Part shown: piece after piece, positions 24,379 through 37,781 of the stretch
Layout of the letters: every line of letters starts with the position of its first letter
How positions within the stretch are numbered: position 1 is the first letter of the stretch
DNA from: Blepharisma stoltei ATCC 30299
Lineage: Eukaryota; Protista; Ciliophora
Reading direction: 5' to 3'
DNA length: 64,000 bases
NCBI GenBank assembly: GCA_965603825.1
Contig: CBFDEM010000012.1
Location: forward strand, 434,001 to 498,000
The notes under the pieces: model-generated
The model's database searches: none
Seen by the model: the letters and a program-made list of their open reading frames with translations, nothing else
Told to the model about the DNA's origin: nothing
Translations under genes and position numbers: made by a program

Positions 24379-25743
24379 TTATTTATGGCTTTCTTTAAAA
24401 AATTGTAAGGATTTCGTTGCCTTTTGTCTTAAATCTTGCACGGTAAAGGGATAACTCACTTCTTCAGGATCAATAAAAGCTTCAATATCAACATCAGAAG
24501 GCTTTAGCTTTTGAATAGGTGGTAAAATGATATCATCATTTCTGCTTAAATTTTGGGATGAAAATATTATTAAGTCGATTCCTTTTTCTAATTTTTGTAA
24601 TAATTCGATAGCATTTTTACTTGAATCCAAGCCATATTCAAAACCCTCAATTAGTCCAAGAGTTTTAAGATTTCTTGAAATACTTGTTAAAGGCCCATTC
24701 AAATTTTTTACTTTTTCTGTCATGTCTTCAGAGCTCTGTGTAAGATCTTGACTTAATTGTATTGTTTTATCAATTTCGTTATCAATTTGTTTCAATTTAG
24801 AATTCCTATCATTTTTATCTACTTCTTTGCACGAACGAAAAAGATTTATTTGGTGTCTTGTCGAGCTCAGTTCATCTTCATTTCTAGATAAATCATCTCT
24901 AAGCTTATCAAGATATTCTGAAAGCTTATTTGATTCTTCGAAATAGTTTAAAAAAGCATTTACATTTTCATTTAATAAAGCTTTTTTGCTGCTTCTTCTC
25001 ATTTTCTCCATCCCATCATTCAAAATTTTTATAAAATCCGAGTATTCATTAATAGAAGACCTTTTCTTAATGCAGTTTTGTTTTCATAAGTTTGCTTGAT
25101 TCTTTATTATTTGGAAGACTTCTGAAGCGTTAGCAATTGGATCAGCCAGCTTGACTGAGATTCCATGCAAATATCGATTCCCATCATGAGCTTCACTAAG
25201 AATTTGGCTTGCTAGTGTGCCAATTTTATCGTGGATGCTATTCCTCAAAGCTTCTTTCGATTTCTCTGCACCATCAATTTTCTCTTTCATATAGTCATAA
25301 ACCTTTAGCGAGTCAATTGATTCTGATCTGAGTTTACTCGAAAATGACTTAACTTCCTCAATATTGTGTTTTAAGCCTTCATTTCTTGTTTTATACAAGT
25401 TTTTTTCTTTTCTAAAAGCACATATCTTGTTTTTCAATGCAAGATTTAGCACTTTAATTTCGCTCAGCTGTTTTAGTGACCTGTCAAGATTTTCCTCTAA
25501 AATTCCGATTTTTTGTTTTCCTTTACGATTTCTTTGGTCGTCTATTTTCCTATGAAGCTTTTTATTCTTGATTCCCAGTTCTTCCACAAGCTCTTCAAGA
25601 TCTTTGTTTAAGAGATTAGAAACCCTTCGTTCTCGCTCAAGTTTGCGGGTAAAATCATTTGTTTCGTGTTCAAGACAGATATTTGTAGACCTGAATGTTA
25701 TCAGCTTAGATTCAGACATAGATCGTGAGAAAATCTTTGACAT
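24379..25743 (-). CDS. coiled-coil protein, outer dynein arm docking complex ODAD1/DC2-like, 454 aa
   Basis: Two in-frame ORFs joined by one TGA; DFTRKLERERR and LEENLDRSL..N.ALKNKI..FRKEK resemble DC2. Confidence 0.55.
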
Positions 25744-25787
25744 CTTTGAAAGGTATTATAAATGAAGCAGTTATACATTATACCAAT

Positions 25788-26771
25788 ATGTCAAAACGAA
25801 ATAAAGCTAAAAATTTTGCAAGTCCAAAAATAAAATACTCACCATCAATCCACCCTCTGCCTGCTGATTTTGCTAACCAAGTTTTGGATTTAGAAATTCA
25901 GGTTGAAACTCAAGAATCAATTGAGGCTTTTAAATCTCTTATTGAGCTATATTCGGTATTCTTTATTTAGCAAGCAATTGAGTATTATGAGTCTATTGGG
26001 GATGCCAAGTATAAGTATTATCAAGAACGAATGATCCGATTTATTCAAAAAGAAGACAACGTTCTTGTCGCTAATACTGAAAATTCGTTTACTTCACCAG
26101 AAAAGCCTACTGAAAGACACACTATTAGCATTACTAGTAGACAACTATTTAATACTCCCCCAGAAAATCCTTTTGAGCTTGCTCCTGAAACCAGGAAAAC
26201 TGAAAATTTAACCCAAAAAAGGGTTGCTGAAAGAGTAATAAAGCAGCATGACCTCGACACAAGTGCAACCTCTAAAGAAATCCAGCTGAATTTAGACAGT
26301 CAAGATATAGCTTTAGAGCATAGAATTAGCAGCAGGAAAAAGAATCGAAATCGAAGCTCATCTCCTCGATCGCCAAATAAATTTGGGAGTTTTAACTACT
26401 TAGATATGTCTAATATATCCTCTAATGACGAACCTCCTAAAAGGAGATCGACAGAAGGAGAAAGCGATAAATCTGGAGGTGTTCCAAAGCCTTTAAAATA
26501 TGAAATTTTTGAAAAAGAGTTAGAAAATATTATGGAAAAATATGTTTTATTAAAAATTAAATCAACACACCAAATTCGGAAGAAATATAAAGAGCAAATT
26601 CAGGATGTCAAAGGAATGGGAAATAATGAAATTATCAAGCAGCTTGTTGGGGAAATGGAAAAAAGCAGGCAGCAAGAGCTTGATGAACTGGAAAGAAATA
26701 TTGATGAACAAAGAAAGGAGGAAATTAGAAAAATAAAAGAAGAGGTTCACAAAACTAAAGAAGAAAAATAG
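25788..26771 (+). CDS. coiled-coil hypothetical protein; intron 25956-25970
   Basis: Splicing gives LIELYSQAIEYYESIGDAKYKYYQERMIRF, joining ORFs 25725 and 26031. Confidence 0.8.
25956..25970 (+). other. 15-nt spliceosomal intron
   Basis: GTATTCTTTATTTAG, phase 0; its TAG would otherwise stop the frame. Confidence 0.88.
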
Positions 26772-26937
26772 AAACATATATAATAAATAAATTTTATTGA
26801 TTTTAATTAGGTTTAGTGAAGTAGAAAATTTTTATGTTTAAAGAGAATTGATTATGACTTTATTAAAATTTATCAAAAATTATGATCTAAAACGCGTTTA
26901 AACTTTAATAATTATAATTATATATCAAGCGGTAAAG

Positions 26938-27126
26938 ATGATGATCCCTAGCATACCCCTGCCTATTTTTTACAAGTTTTTGATAGGGTTATTTTTATTC
27001 TGCATGCTTACTTTGCTTGTTTGCCCTCCTGGTGCTACAATCCATCTCATTATTTTAGGATGCATGAGTCTTGTGTTGGCATTTTTGGTTAAAAAGCTCG
27101 AAGAGAGTATGGTCAAAACAGATTAA
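26938..27126 (+). CDS. small two-TM membrane protein, 62 aa
   Basis: Two hydrophobic stretches; higher GC than the flanks. Confidence 0.5.
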   Translation: MMIPSIPLPIFYKFLIGLFLFCMLTLLVCPPGATIHLIILGCMSLVLAFLVKKLEESMVKTD

Positions 27127-27427
27127 TTTATTTAAAAAGTGATAGTTGCTTAGATTGCTCTATAATATTTAAAACTGCCGCTTTACCTTAGTTAGCGCTT
27201 CATTTTAATGAATAACATCCTAGAATAATTATTTATCTCAGAAAGATAATTTAAAGGTTTTTTCCATTATGATCCTTCTATTTTAATTCCATTTAATATT
27301 TATATCAACAGTTTTCATATATAATATAATTTCACCTATTAGTACTTACAACAGAAAACAGTTGAAAATAATAAAAATCAGCTGAAAACTCTTTAAATAG
27401 TCTTCGATAAAAGGATTAGAAATAAAA

Positions 27428-29044
27428 ATGGGAAACCCATGCACTGCAATGAATCAAAGAAATAGCCAAGACATGTCTTCTTCTGAGCATTCTCTCATGA
27501 AAGCGTCGTGAATTAAAGACGGCGGATATCTCTTTTTAGCTGCCTTTCGTCGAGAAACCACTGAGCAGAGCTACTCACGAACCCAATCAACTTACAATAG
27601 AAATTGAAAAAGACTTGCACCTACGCTCAAGAAAAAAACTGAAGAATCCCCATCTTTGTATCACCCAGAATTAAGAAAGCAATGAAAACATTACATTAGA
27701 AGGTAAATTCCATTTAGTGGTGTTCCAGATAAACTGGCAAGATCAGTAATTCTTAAGCTATTTTCCATCAAAGGATCTGATATTGAATACCATCCTTTAC
27801 TGATGGAAGTTTTTTCAGGCAAAATCCCTGAAACTTTTACACTAGTCCCCACTTTCTCGACAGCCACTTCGATTGAAAAAATCCTCTCCCGATATTATAT
27901 TAATTCAGTTGGAGAAGCCGCGTTAAAAAGGATTTTATGGGTAATCCACAATTATCACCCGTTCGTTAAATTTTGCCCACAAATTGTAGGTGCTTTGTCA
28001 CTTTTACTTGTATACCTTAATGAAAATGAAGCTTATGCTTTGATTACGAAATTATTAATTAATTCAAGACAGGAAAAAGAAACAAGCTTTAAACGGCATT
28101 TTACCTGCACGAAACGGGAGCATAGCATATTGGTGCAAGAAACTTCAAATTTAATTAGAAGAGATATGAGAGGGTTAGCAACGTTTTTGGACTCTCAAAA
28201 CTTTGACTTAAATAAGCTGATTTCTGACATGCTGAACTGCTTTTTCGTCGGCTATTTCAGGATTTCGTGCTTATTAAGGATTTTACTTTGCTTTTTATGT
28301 GAAGGGAACAAAACTTTGATCCGAGTAATTTATGGAGTATTTAACATACTACAGCGAGAGCTCCCATACAGACAAGAACAAATTGAAGTTTATATTAAAA
28401 ACCAATGCTGTTCGCTAACTAGCTGCGACGATCTTTTAAGAACTGGCTTCCGAGCTCTCATTAGCCGCCAAGATTTTATTTCTGAGCAGCCTGAGCCTGA
28501 AAGTGTAAGCGAGCATATTGCAGGCTTGTTTCGTTTGTCTATTCAGCTGCAGTCGAACATCATGTCAGTCTGTCATTTTGACTTGATTTGGAGCCATCTC
28601 CCAGCGAACTTTAGGATTTTAGCGCCGAAGTTTATTCTGTCAAGTCAAGAGTGTGGGGTAACTTTGAGAGAGCTAGAAAATCGATCATCTTTATACCCGC
28701 CGTCAACTCCGATGCTGTTTTTAGCCCAAACTAAAACTGGAGAAACCCTAGGTGCTTTTATCGATTGCACCATTCAGTCTAACAAAAAATCTTCGCAGAT
28801 GGTGAATTCTTTTGTATTCCAGCTTGAGCCAGAGCCGAGATTTTACCATTCGTCTGAAAGTGAAGCATGGATAAATTTTTCTAAAGACGAGTTAAGTTTT
28901 GGAAAAAATGAACATGACATTGCGTTTTCAATTGATTCAGGATTTGAAACTTGTAGCTTCCATTCCAGTAAAACGTATGGAACTACGAACATCGGTTCTC
29001 AAGTGTTTCAAATAAAGCTGTTGGAATCATTTGTATTGCAATAG
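27428..29044 (+). CDS. TBC + TLDc domain protein (TBC1D24-like), MG start suggesting N-myristoylation; intron 27703-27717
   Basis: From ATG 27428 through three TGA; splicing gives KHYIRSGVPD. TBC-like core with FCPQ; TLDc-like GETLGAF, SFVFQLEP, SKTYG. Confidence 0.8.
27703..27717 (+). other. 15-nt spliceosomal intron
   Basis: GTAAATTCCATTTAG; the unspliced frame hits TAA, the spliced frame restores an IRxGVP motif. Confidence 0.88.
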
Positions 29045-29514
29045 CGATTTAAATTTTAACCTAATAAATGTTAAATAAATGAGAAATCAGAAATGAACAG
29101 AATAATAGAGAAATAGGAAGAGAAATTGAAAAGAGAAAACGGATAGATAACGGAGCAGGTCAATTAATCTGGATATTTAAAGAGAAATTAATTGAAATGC
29201 TTTATCAATTTAATTGTGATAAAAATCAATAAAATTATAAAACTGAAGAAGTCTATTTGATTTGATTCGTATAAATTACCTTAATCTTAATATTTCTATC
29301 AAAATTAATTTTTTCTTTTTAATAACTTTTCTGACTCCAAATCTTTTATAGTTCTAAATAATTTTCAGAAAAAATCCTAGAAATATTCCTAGGATATCTG
29401 AAAACTAATAGAAACACTCTGCCTTGAATAATTTTAATTAATTTTAGAAAGACTCAAATTAAATTTTACCAATTTAAGGCAAGGCCAATTATCAATTATA
29501 TTAAGCTTCTTCAG

Positions 29515-29742
29515 TTATTCTAATTCACATGGCCTATAGCAGGTGCTATAGCTTCTTTCTTGCATTTTATACAAGCTCATTTGCCGCTCAAGCATATTTT
29601 GGATTTGTGTTTTTCTGATCCTCATATAAGAACGCTGAGGGTCTTCCATTTCGGCGTCATGACAGCAAATTCTTGCTCGTTTCTGACTTGGCCAGTCAAG
29701 TTGTCGAACTCTTTTTCCATTCTCGTTCCAATATGATTCCAT
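29515..29742 (-). CDS. small hypothetical protein, 75 aa
   Basis: GC-richer ORF with the TAAATG start context seen on many genes here. Confidence 0.55.
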   Translation of the reverse strand: MESYWNENGKRVRQLDWPSQKRARICCHDAEMEDPQRSYMRIRKTQIQNMLERQMSLYKMQERSYSTCYRPCELE

Positions 29743-30483
29743 TTATTATTATAATTCTAAGAAAAATTTAAAGCTAAAGTGTTGGATTATTAAATTTAGT
29801 TTATTCAAAATGTTTGAATTAAAATAATTCAATTTAGTGCAGTTTTAACAAAAATAATTCCTTTGGTGATCTACAAATAAACTTAATAACTCGATATTTC
29901 TCACTAATAATAAGATTGCGTTTATCCAGATTTTAAAAATTTATCATTAATTTTCTGGGCTACTGAATAATTAAATGCTGACCCTGTGGTTTCTAAAATT
30001 TTCCTGCATATGCATAAGCTGAGTTTTGAATTTTTTTTATATAAATTTTAGTTTTAGAAGCTTTAATGTTAACAATTTACTAATTTAGAGTTGAAATTCT
30101 ATAGAAGCATCAAAGTCAGAGTTTTTTCTGCGCCTTAAATGACTAGGTGAAGCGAGTAAGAATTACCTTCAAATACTTATGTGTATTCAATATACAAACA
30201 TGGAAATTCGCTTTATCACCATTAAACACTAATGGCATTATATATTGTAAAAATTTCATACTAAAATCATACTTTTTATTATTAGCATATAACTCATTAA
30301 CTTCTATGCCAAACTTGCATTTATAGAGGTAGATGTCTTCAATACTTCTCTCTTTGCATCCTAAAAATACTTTAATAATAAAATTCGTGAACTTTAAACC
30401 ACTATGATTTAAGTAATCAATAGGGAGTTCTGTTCTTATGCTTAGATAATTTTTAGATAAAGATATACCTATAATAAATTCAA

Positions 30484-33400
30484 ATGATTCCAGTCAACCA
30501 AGCCAATGTAAAGTTGATGTTTAAAACCCAAACTCAGCTAGGCGAAGAAGTCCGCGTTGTAGGAAACATTGAAAGTTTTGGAATGTGAAAACCTTCAGAA
30601 GGGATCGTCATGAAAGCAGACCCGTTCACATCTCCTTGCTGGAGTACAGTATCGCCACTCACCATCCCATTTGGAATTGAGGTCGAGTACAAATATGTTT
30701 ATATCTATAAAGACCAAGTCAGATGGGAAGAAATCCAAGGAAATCGAAAATTTCATGCAGTTCACACAAACCTCACAATTGAAGATGAAGAAAATTCGAC
30801 CATTTCTAAGCTCTTTCTATATGATAATGAAGCGCCAAAAAATCTGCCACGCTCACTAGAGCCAGAAGCCTTTGCGTACGACGAAAAATTAAAATATGAG
30901 AAATCTGACACAATTCTAATTATTTCGAATTCTCTGCCTATCAAAATTGCGAGGAATGACAACTATGCCCCAGATCAGCCTTTAAGCGAAAAATGGATAA
31001 TTAATGCTCATAAAGGAGTTTGACAGACTCAATTGTACAGGATTGCTATTGCTGAAAACATCAAATTCCACTGGATTGGGTCTCCAGGGATTTGATTGGA
31101 ATCAGATGAAGAGCAAGAAGAACTTACTCAGTTCTTAATAAAAGAATACAAGTGCATTCCGATGTTTATCCCGCCAATAGACGCTGAATTACATTATGAG
31201 TTTTGTAGTAAAATTTTGCATAGAGTTTTCCATGGGGTTATTGAGACAAACTCCGAAATGATCCCTCAATACTCTAGAGAGATGTGAGAAGGCTACAAAA
31301 GAGTCAATATTTTATTTGCAGATTTAGCATTAAAGTACTATTCACATACACTAGTTTGGGTACATGGGCATCAACTAATGCTAGTGCCAAGTTTTTTGTC
31401 TCGAAAAACTAATGAAGTGCTGAATATCGGATTTTTTTTGCATATTCCTTTTCCTAGCTCAGAGGTCTATCGAGTTTTACCTCACAGAGAAGCAATTTTG
31501 CATGCCCTTTGTTGCTGTGATTTGATAGGGTTTCACTTGTTTGATTATGCAAGACATTTCATAGGGACTTGCAAGCGTATGATTGGGGTCGATATTGAAT
31601 TTAGCAAAGGTGGATTTTTAGGGCTGAATTACTATGGAAGACATATTATGATCAAAGTGGGGCACCTTGGTGTGGAGCCAAATCTGATAACTCTATTACA
31701 AAATTCAGAAACTTATCAAAATGTTTTCCAAGAGCTTACTTCCAAATATCTAGGCAAAAAATTGATTTTAAATATAGACCCTTGCCATCAGCTTTCAGGA
31801 ATTTATTTAAAGCTTAAAGCATTCCAAAGCACGATGAGGTGTTTACCTCAGAAAAAAGACAGGATCATTTTCCTTCAAATTTTGACACCTGAAGGAACCG
31901 GCCCAATGTCTGCATATGTAAAAAACGATGTTTATAACTTGCAGAACCAAATTAACTTAGAAATGGGGTGCGAAATTGTACAGGTTGTAGAGAAAGACTT
32001 GACATCAGAAGAAAGGTATGCTTATATGTGGATTTCTTCAGGAATTGTGATTAGTTCGATAAGAGATGGGCTGTGCTTGCTGCCTTTTGAGTATATAGTA
32101 GTAAATAGAGACAAATGGGCAGGAATTATATTGTCAGAGTTTGCAGGAGTGAGCCGAGCTCTGTGTAGTCCAAGAAGAGTCAACCCATTTGATAACGCTG
32201 ACTTAGAAAATGCGCTATTTGAGCTTATGACCCAACTTCCTAAGCCAGAGCTTCTGCACAAGCGAAAAAGGGATCTGGCCTATATAAACTCAAAAACAAC
32301 CCTTCGCTGAGCAAGGCATTTTTTAACTGACTTAAAAAGAGCTCACAAGGACTATAAGCAATATCAATATGTCAGTCATGGTCTCGGTGACAAGCTAAAA
32401 GTAATCGCTTTGCGTAAAAACTTTAGCAAACTTCATACTTATAATGTCTTAGAAGCTTACAAAAATTCTCGGAATCGGGCTCTTTTTTTTGATATAGAAG
32501 GAACTTTCACGAATTTATTAAAGCAAACAGATATCGACAAATGCAAAGGGCCATCTGATAAAATACTGCACATTATTGATGACTTGTGCCAAGACGAAAG
32601 AAACACTGTTTTCATTCTAACGGGTAGAGAAAGAAGAATTGTTGAAAATTGGTTTAGAACAGTCCAATTTTTAGGGATTGCGGCTGAATATGGAGCTTTT
32701 ACAAGGTGAAATGCAAAAGAGCCGTGGGATTATCCAGCATCTACTGCAGGATTTTGAAGAGAAACTGCAATGGATATCATAAGTGCCTATGTCACTAGGA
32801 CAGAAGGGTCTTTTATGGTACTTAAAGAATGTTCTGTAGTTTTTCAATATAGAGATGCTGAGCGTGAATTTGGTGGATGGCAGGCTAAAGAGCTTGTAGC
32901 CCATTTAGAGCTACTCTTAAAGCCTTTCCTTAATGAATGTGAAGTATCAGAAGGAGCTGGGTATGTAGAGGTTAAACCGAGAGGTATCAATAAAGGAACA
33001 ACGGTTTATAGAATCCTTGAAAAGCTTTATGAAAAAAATGGAGAAATTGATTTTGTGCTGGCAGTTGGAGATGATATTTCAGATGAAGAAATGTTTAGAG
33101 TTATAAACTCATTGAAAAAGCAAAAGAGCAGCCTTTTTACAAGCTTGAAAAATGAAAATATTTTTAGTTGCACTTTAGGAATTAAGCCAAGCTTGGCGAA
33201 TTATTATGTGCTAGACGCAAATGAAGTGATACATCTTACAGAAGTCTTGAGAAGCTGGAGCAGCAAATGTAAAAAGAATTTTTCGTCAGGAGATTTGCTA
33301 AGTAGAAATACTCTTAGACATTATACTCCAATTGATATGAGTGTTTCTCCTAGGCATTTCTTTTTTGAGTCTGCAGAACTGGATGATTTTAGCAGTGATT

Positions 33401-33498
33401 CTGATCTTGATTTAGATACATCGTCCTCAACAGCTCCAAGTTCAAAGAGTTTTAATTGTTTTACCAAAGACAGCGGCGAGTTTAAACTGAGATTTTAG
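30484..33498 (+). CDS. CBM20 + trehalose-6-phosphate synthase-like (GT20) + HAD trehalose phosphatase-like protein, 1004 aa
   Basis: Five in-frame ORFs joined by TGA at conserved Trp sites (FGMWKP, WEGYKRVN, WARHFLTDL); GFFLHIPFPSSE, ILSEFAG, VNPFD, VEVKPRGINKG, GDDISDEEMF. Confidence 0.9.
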
Positions 33499-34136
33499 AA
33501 AAAAGTTATAATAAACTTTTAATGAATAAGGAAATTCACTAAAATAATATATTAATAAAACTCAGATATTCAATTTCTCACCTATCAGCTTACATGCTTT
33601 CAGATCCCATTTAAAAAAAAGAAGGTGTAACAGATAAAAAAAATCTAATAAGATATTCTGCAATATAAACAATAAATTTTTAAAAAGAAATTTAATTACT
33701 AAATATTGAAAAATGATTTTTTATTTGCATCAGAATTTTTATTTTGATGTGCTTTCGTAAATTGCTTGGCGTTTATACTTTGATATAAATAAGTAAATTA
33801 GTGCAAGGAAATTAAAAATAATTATATAATGATTTAACTATATAAATCGTCGTTAATAAATATTAAAATTGCAAATATAGTAATATTTTTACTGGCACTT
33901 TTTTTCCTTTCTTAGTGCAATTAAATTTTAATTATCTTAATTTTTACTCTTTCAAATTTATTTATTTTTAGTTTCTGTTGATATTTATTGTTCTCTCTTT
34001 TTCTATTATAATTGTTTTCTAATAAAATCTATTATTCTATTATTTCATAATTACTCCTTTCTTGTTTAGAATACAGAAAATCCTTTAAATCACTAATCAT
34101 ACTCATTTATTTTAAGAATTCACGAAATATAAAACA

Positions 34137-34883
34137 ATGGATGACAAAAATATTAAACCCATTCAAATCACAGATGATGTTTGGATGGTGCCTTGCGCTA
34201 TATCTAAAGACAAAAAAGAGTACCACCCTTTCGGAAGACCTTTTAATTCAGATATTAATTGAGACCGAGCACAAGCCAGACAATCCTGGCTGCCAGAAGA
34301 AGACGAAACTCTTAGGGATTTAATAAATAAGAGAGGTCCTCATCACTGGAGTTTAATTGCCAGAGAAGTCAATGCAATTGTACACAATGGTATGCCAATC
34401 CGTCAAGGCAAGCAATGCAGGGAAAGGTGATACAACCATCTAAACGACGGCCTGCGAAAAGGCAGCTGGAGTCCCGAAGAAGACGTCCTGATTCTCGAAA
34501 AGCAGCTTGAGTGAGGAAACAGGTGGAGCGATATAGCAAGACTCTTAAAAGGGAGGACCGAAAACCAAGTAAAAAACAGATGAAAAAGCCTCACAAGAAA
34601 AGCAGAAAAAATATGCCCGAAAGGCCTTGACCCTATAAAGTTCCTTATTTCTGAAATGAAAGTGCCGGAGCCCGAATCTGTAAACTTGAGTTCAGTGATG
34701 CCAGTGTCTCCCCTCATAATCAGCTCTCCTGGGTTTATTCCTTTTGCTTTTAATGATCTTGGGTTTTCAAACCTCGCTGACCAGATCAAAACTACTTATC
34801 AAATGGGAATGAGTGGGCTTCAGCAACCGGATCCGTCTCCTTCTACATTGCTTTTCTTAAACAGCCCAAATGTGAGGCAATAA
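34137..34883 (+). CDS. R2R3-type Myb transcription factor, 248 aa
   Basis: WLPEEDE..HWSLIA..RQGKQCRER(TGA)YNHL..WSPEED..GNRWSDIA..GRTENQVKNR(TGA); the Myb domain is missed by the ORF track. Confidence 0.95.
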
Positions 34884-34929
34884 AGGTACATAGGTGATAT
34901 AGTTAATTACTATACATACTTGATAATAA

Positions 34930-36309
34930 ATGGAATTCATCTTTATAACAGATAATCAAAATCGAAGTCTTCGAAAAAAAATTGAAACGAAGTTAAAAAT
35001 CAATGATTTGCTGGCGATGATTCTAGGATTATTTGGAGTTATTCTAGAATACGAAGAATATGAGCTTTTCTATGGCGATGTAAAATTAGATACAGATTCT
35101 AGCGGAAATTCAATTTTCACAGGAACAGACGATCAATACGTCGAGACAACTACAATCACAGTACTTCGCATTATTATCGGAATCAGTTCCTTTTTGCTTG
35201 CATTGACCATTTTCAATCATTACCGTCTTCGCCTTCATTTTTACAAGGCAAAACAAAAAGTTGACTCTTATGACACTCTGAAATCATCGGGCTTACTAAT
35301 TCCTATGATATGTGAAATGGTTTACTGTATGATTTTTTGCCCGCCTGGCTTCAATTGGGTCTTCACTTTTGAGCAGCTTGGAGGCTATGTTGACTATGCC
35401 TTCGACATGCTGGTTTTAATCGTTATGCTTGGAAGGGTTTATTTAATATGAAGAATCGCTGCTAATTATTCATCATGAAATGACGAAAAAGCTGAAGAAA
35501 TCTGCAACTCATGTTTATGTGAAGGAGGGGTAAATTTCGCTATCAAAGCAGAGCTAAAGGAAAGACCTTATACAGTCGTTTCTATTGTTTTATTACTGTC
35601 AATTTTGACTTTTGGGGTAGCTCTAAGAACTGCTGAAAGGCCATTTATGAAGGTTTCACTTAAGAACTGGGACTACATGTGGAATGGAATGTGGTGTATT
35701 GTAATTACCATGACCACTGTTGGTTATGGAGATTTTTTTCCATCAACGCATCTAGGAAGACTTATAGATGTGATTGCTTGTTTCTGGGGGACTTTCCTGG
35801 TATCCTTAATGGTTGTCTCCTTAACGATCAGTTCTGAATTCACCCCTCAAGAAAGAAAAGCTTATGATAAAATCAAAAGAGACGAAAGTGAAGAAGACAT
35901 CAAGGTAAAAGCTATCAACGCTATAAAATGTGCCATTAAACTTAGAATCTTCTTAAAAAAAAACCCATATGCTTCAGAAAAACAAAAGGCTAGACTGACA
36001 AATAAGTTTAAAAACGCGCTGATCGAGTATAGGACAAATAAAAGAAATTTAGTAGCAAGCGAACAAGATGCTCCAATAGAGTATATTCTTGCAAAACTAA
36101 ATGATAAAGTTTCATTTGGCTTGGAAAGAATCAAAAATGACTGTCATGTATATAAAACTTTGCTCGCTCGGCTTGATTCCGCAGAAATCAACCAGGTAAG
36201 CTTGCAAAACGATATCAAGACTTTAGAAGCTCTAAATAGTCGTGTTTTATCAAAACTGGAAATGATTAAAAAGCTCCAAGATGATCCAGAGCCTAAAAAA
36301 GCGTTTTAA
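34930..36309 (+). CDS. small-conductance Ca-activated (SK-like) K+ channel, 459 aa
   Basis: TM segments, pore TMTTVGYGDFFP, C-terminal coiled coil; two TGA join the ORFs. Confidence 0.9.
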
Positions 36310-36320
36310 GAATAATGGTT

Positions 36321-37568
36321 TTATTCATATAAATCAAATTTTATTAAACTGAAGTAGTTGTACATATTCTTCTTGACTTTTTCTCTTTTTTTCTCCAGTT
36401 TAACTGCAAGTGGCTTAGAATCATTGATAAATGCTTGCTCAAAGTAAAGTTTGTACTCTGAAGCAGTATCCATAGCTTTCATCGATAAAAAATAGAAAAC
36501 TTCCCAAAACCTTATATAGAGCATTTCTTTAAAAGTATGATTTCGGTACTGTACAGGTGTGCTTCGAGATTTTACTTTGTTAGAGATATCTATTAAGCGC
36601 TTTGTTAGCACTTTATCGTTTACGTAGAGGTTGAGCTCGTTATTGATTTGCCAGCTTCATATGTCATTGTTGAAGGAACCAATAGTAAACTCGCGATCGT
36701 CGCATATATAAGCTTTCATGTGTAGCACTTGCTCATCGAATTCATATACATTGACCCCTATATCTTTGAAATGCTTTGTAAGCCATGAATTCAGAAAGAA
36801 TTTGTAGACTGGTTGGTCTCTTTTTTTAGATGTCAGAAGATCAACTTCTATTCCTCTGTCAATAGCTTGCTTAAGAGCTTTGGTAACTTTGGGGATATTA
36901 TAGTAATATCCTTGGACAAGTGTAATTTTGGATTTGGCATTTTTTATCATATCCAAAATTCTCTCTTGGATTTCTCACCTCATATAATAAGGCTCAGATA
37001 CTAAAATTTCATAATTTTCATCAGGAATTTCCTCAATTTTTGGTATCTTTAAATACCAATCATAGCGAGTGCTTAAGATATCAAAGGCAGTTTGTGCTTC
37101 TTCAATGCATTTCTTTTTGAAAATTATATTCAGATCATAAAAATTGCTGTTTCCGTATTTCGCGCCTCCATAATCAGAATCGAGATTTGCTGAGCCAATT
37201 ATCATTAAATCGTCAATAACAAATACTTTTTCGTGGTATCTCTCAAAAACTTCTCTTGAAAAGATCTCTTGGCCTCCAATATAGCGTCTCCATGGGTCCA
37301 TAGGGTTTACAGCTCGAACAGTACCACCTTTGCTTTCCAATTCTTTTATGAGTGCATAGTTTGGCCAATAATTGAGTCAGTCTACCATTAAGACAACATT
37401 TACACCTCTTTCTGCAGCATCAGCTAATTTCTTTAATGTTTTGTTTGCAATTAAATCATTTCCTATATGATATGTGAGAATCCAACAGCAGATTTTTGCA
37501 TTATCAATCACATCTCAAAGCCTTTCAAAGAACTGGTCTCCATCATCAATGAGCTCAACCATGTCCAT
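36321..37568 (-). CDS. phospholipase D family enzyme, bacterial-type cardiolipin synthase-like, 415 aa
   Basis: Two HKD motifs HEKVFVIDD..GSAN and HMKAYICDD..GSFN; DGDQFF, AAERGVNV. Confidence 0.85.
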
Positions 37569-37781
37569 CTTATGGAAATGCTTTAAAAATTTATTTTAAT
37601 ATGAAAATCATTGCTTCGCAAATAAAAATTAAATTATTTCCTTTATTAGGTGCTTTGAAGTTTTCTTAAATAAAGGAACACAATTATTAAAATTTCTTCC
37701 ATTATTGATAATATTTTGCAGCATTCCTGGTGATTTGCTTCATTATCTTTTCTTATTAAAATGGTTTAAATTTATTAAATC

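Noticed and set aside
13492-33498. Carbohydrate gene cluster (glycerate kinase, glucan synthase, TPS-TPP)
   Set aside because: Eight unrelated genes separate the glucan synthase and TPS-TPP; no evidence beyond chance.
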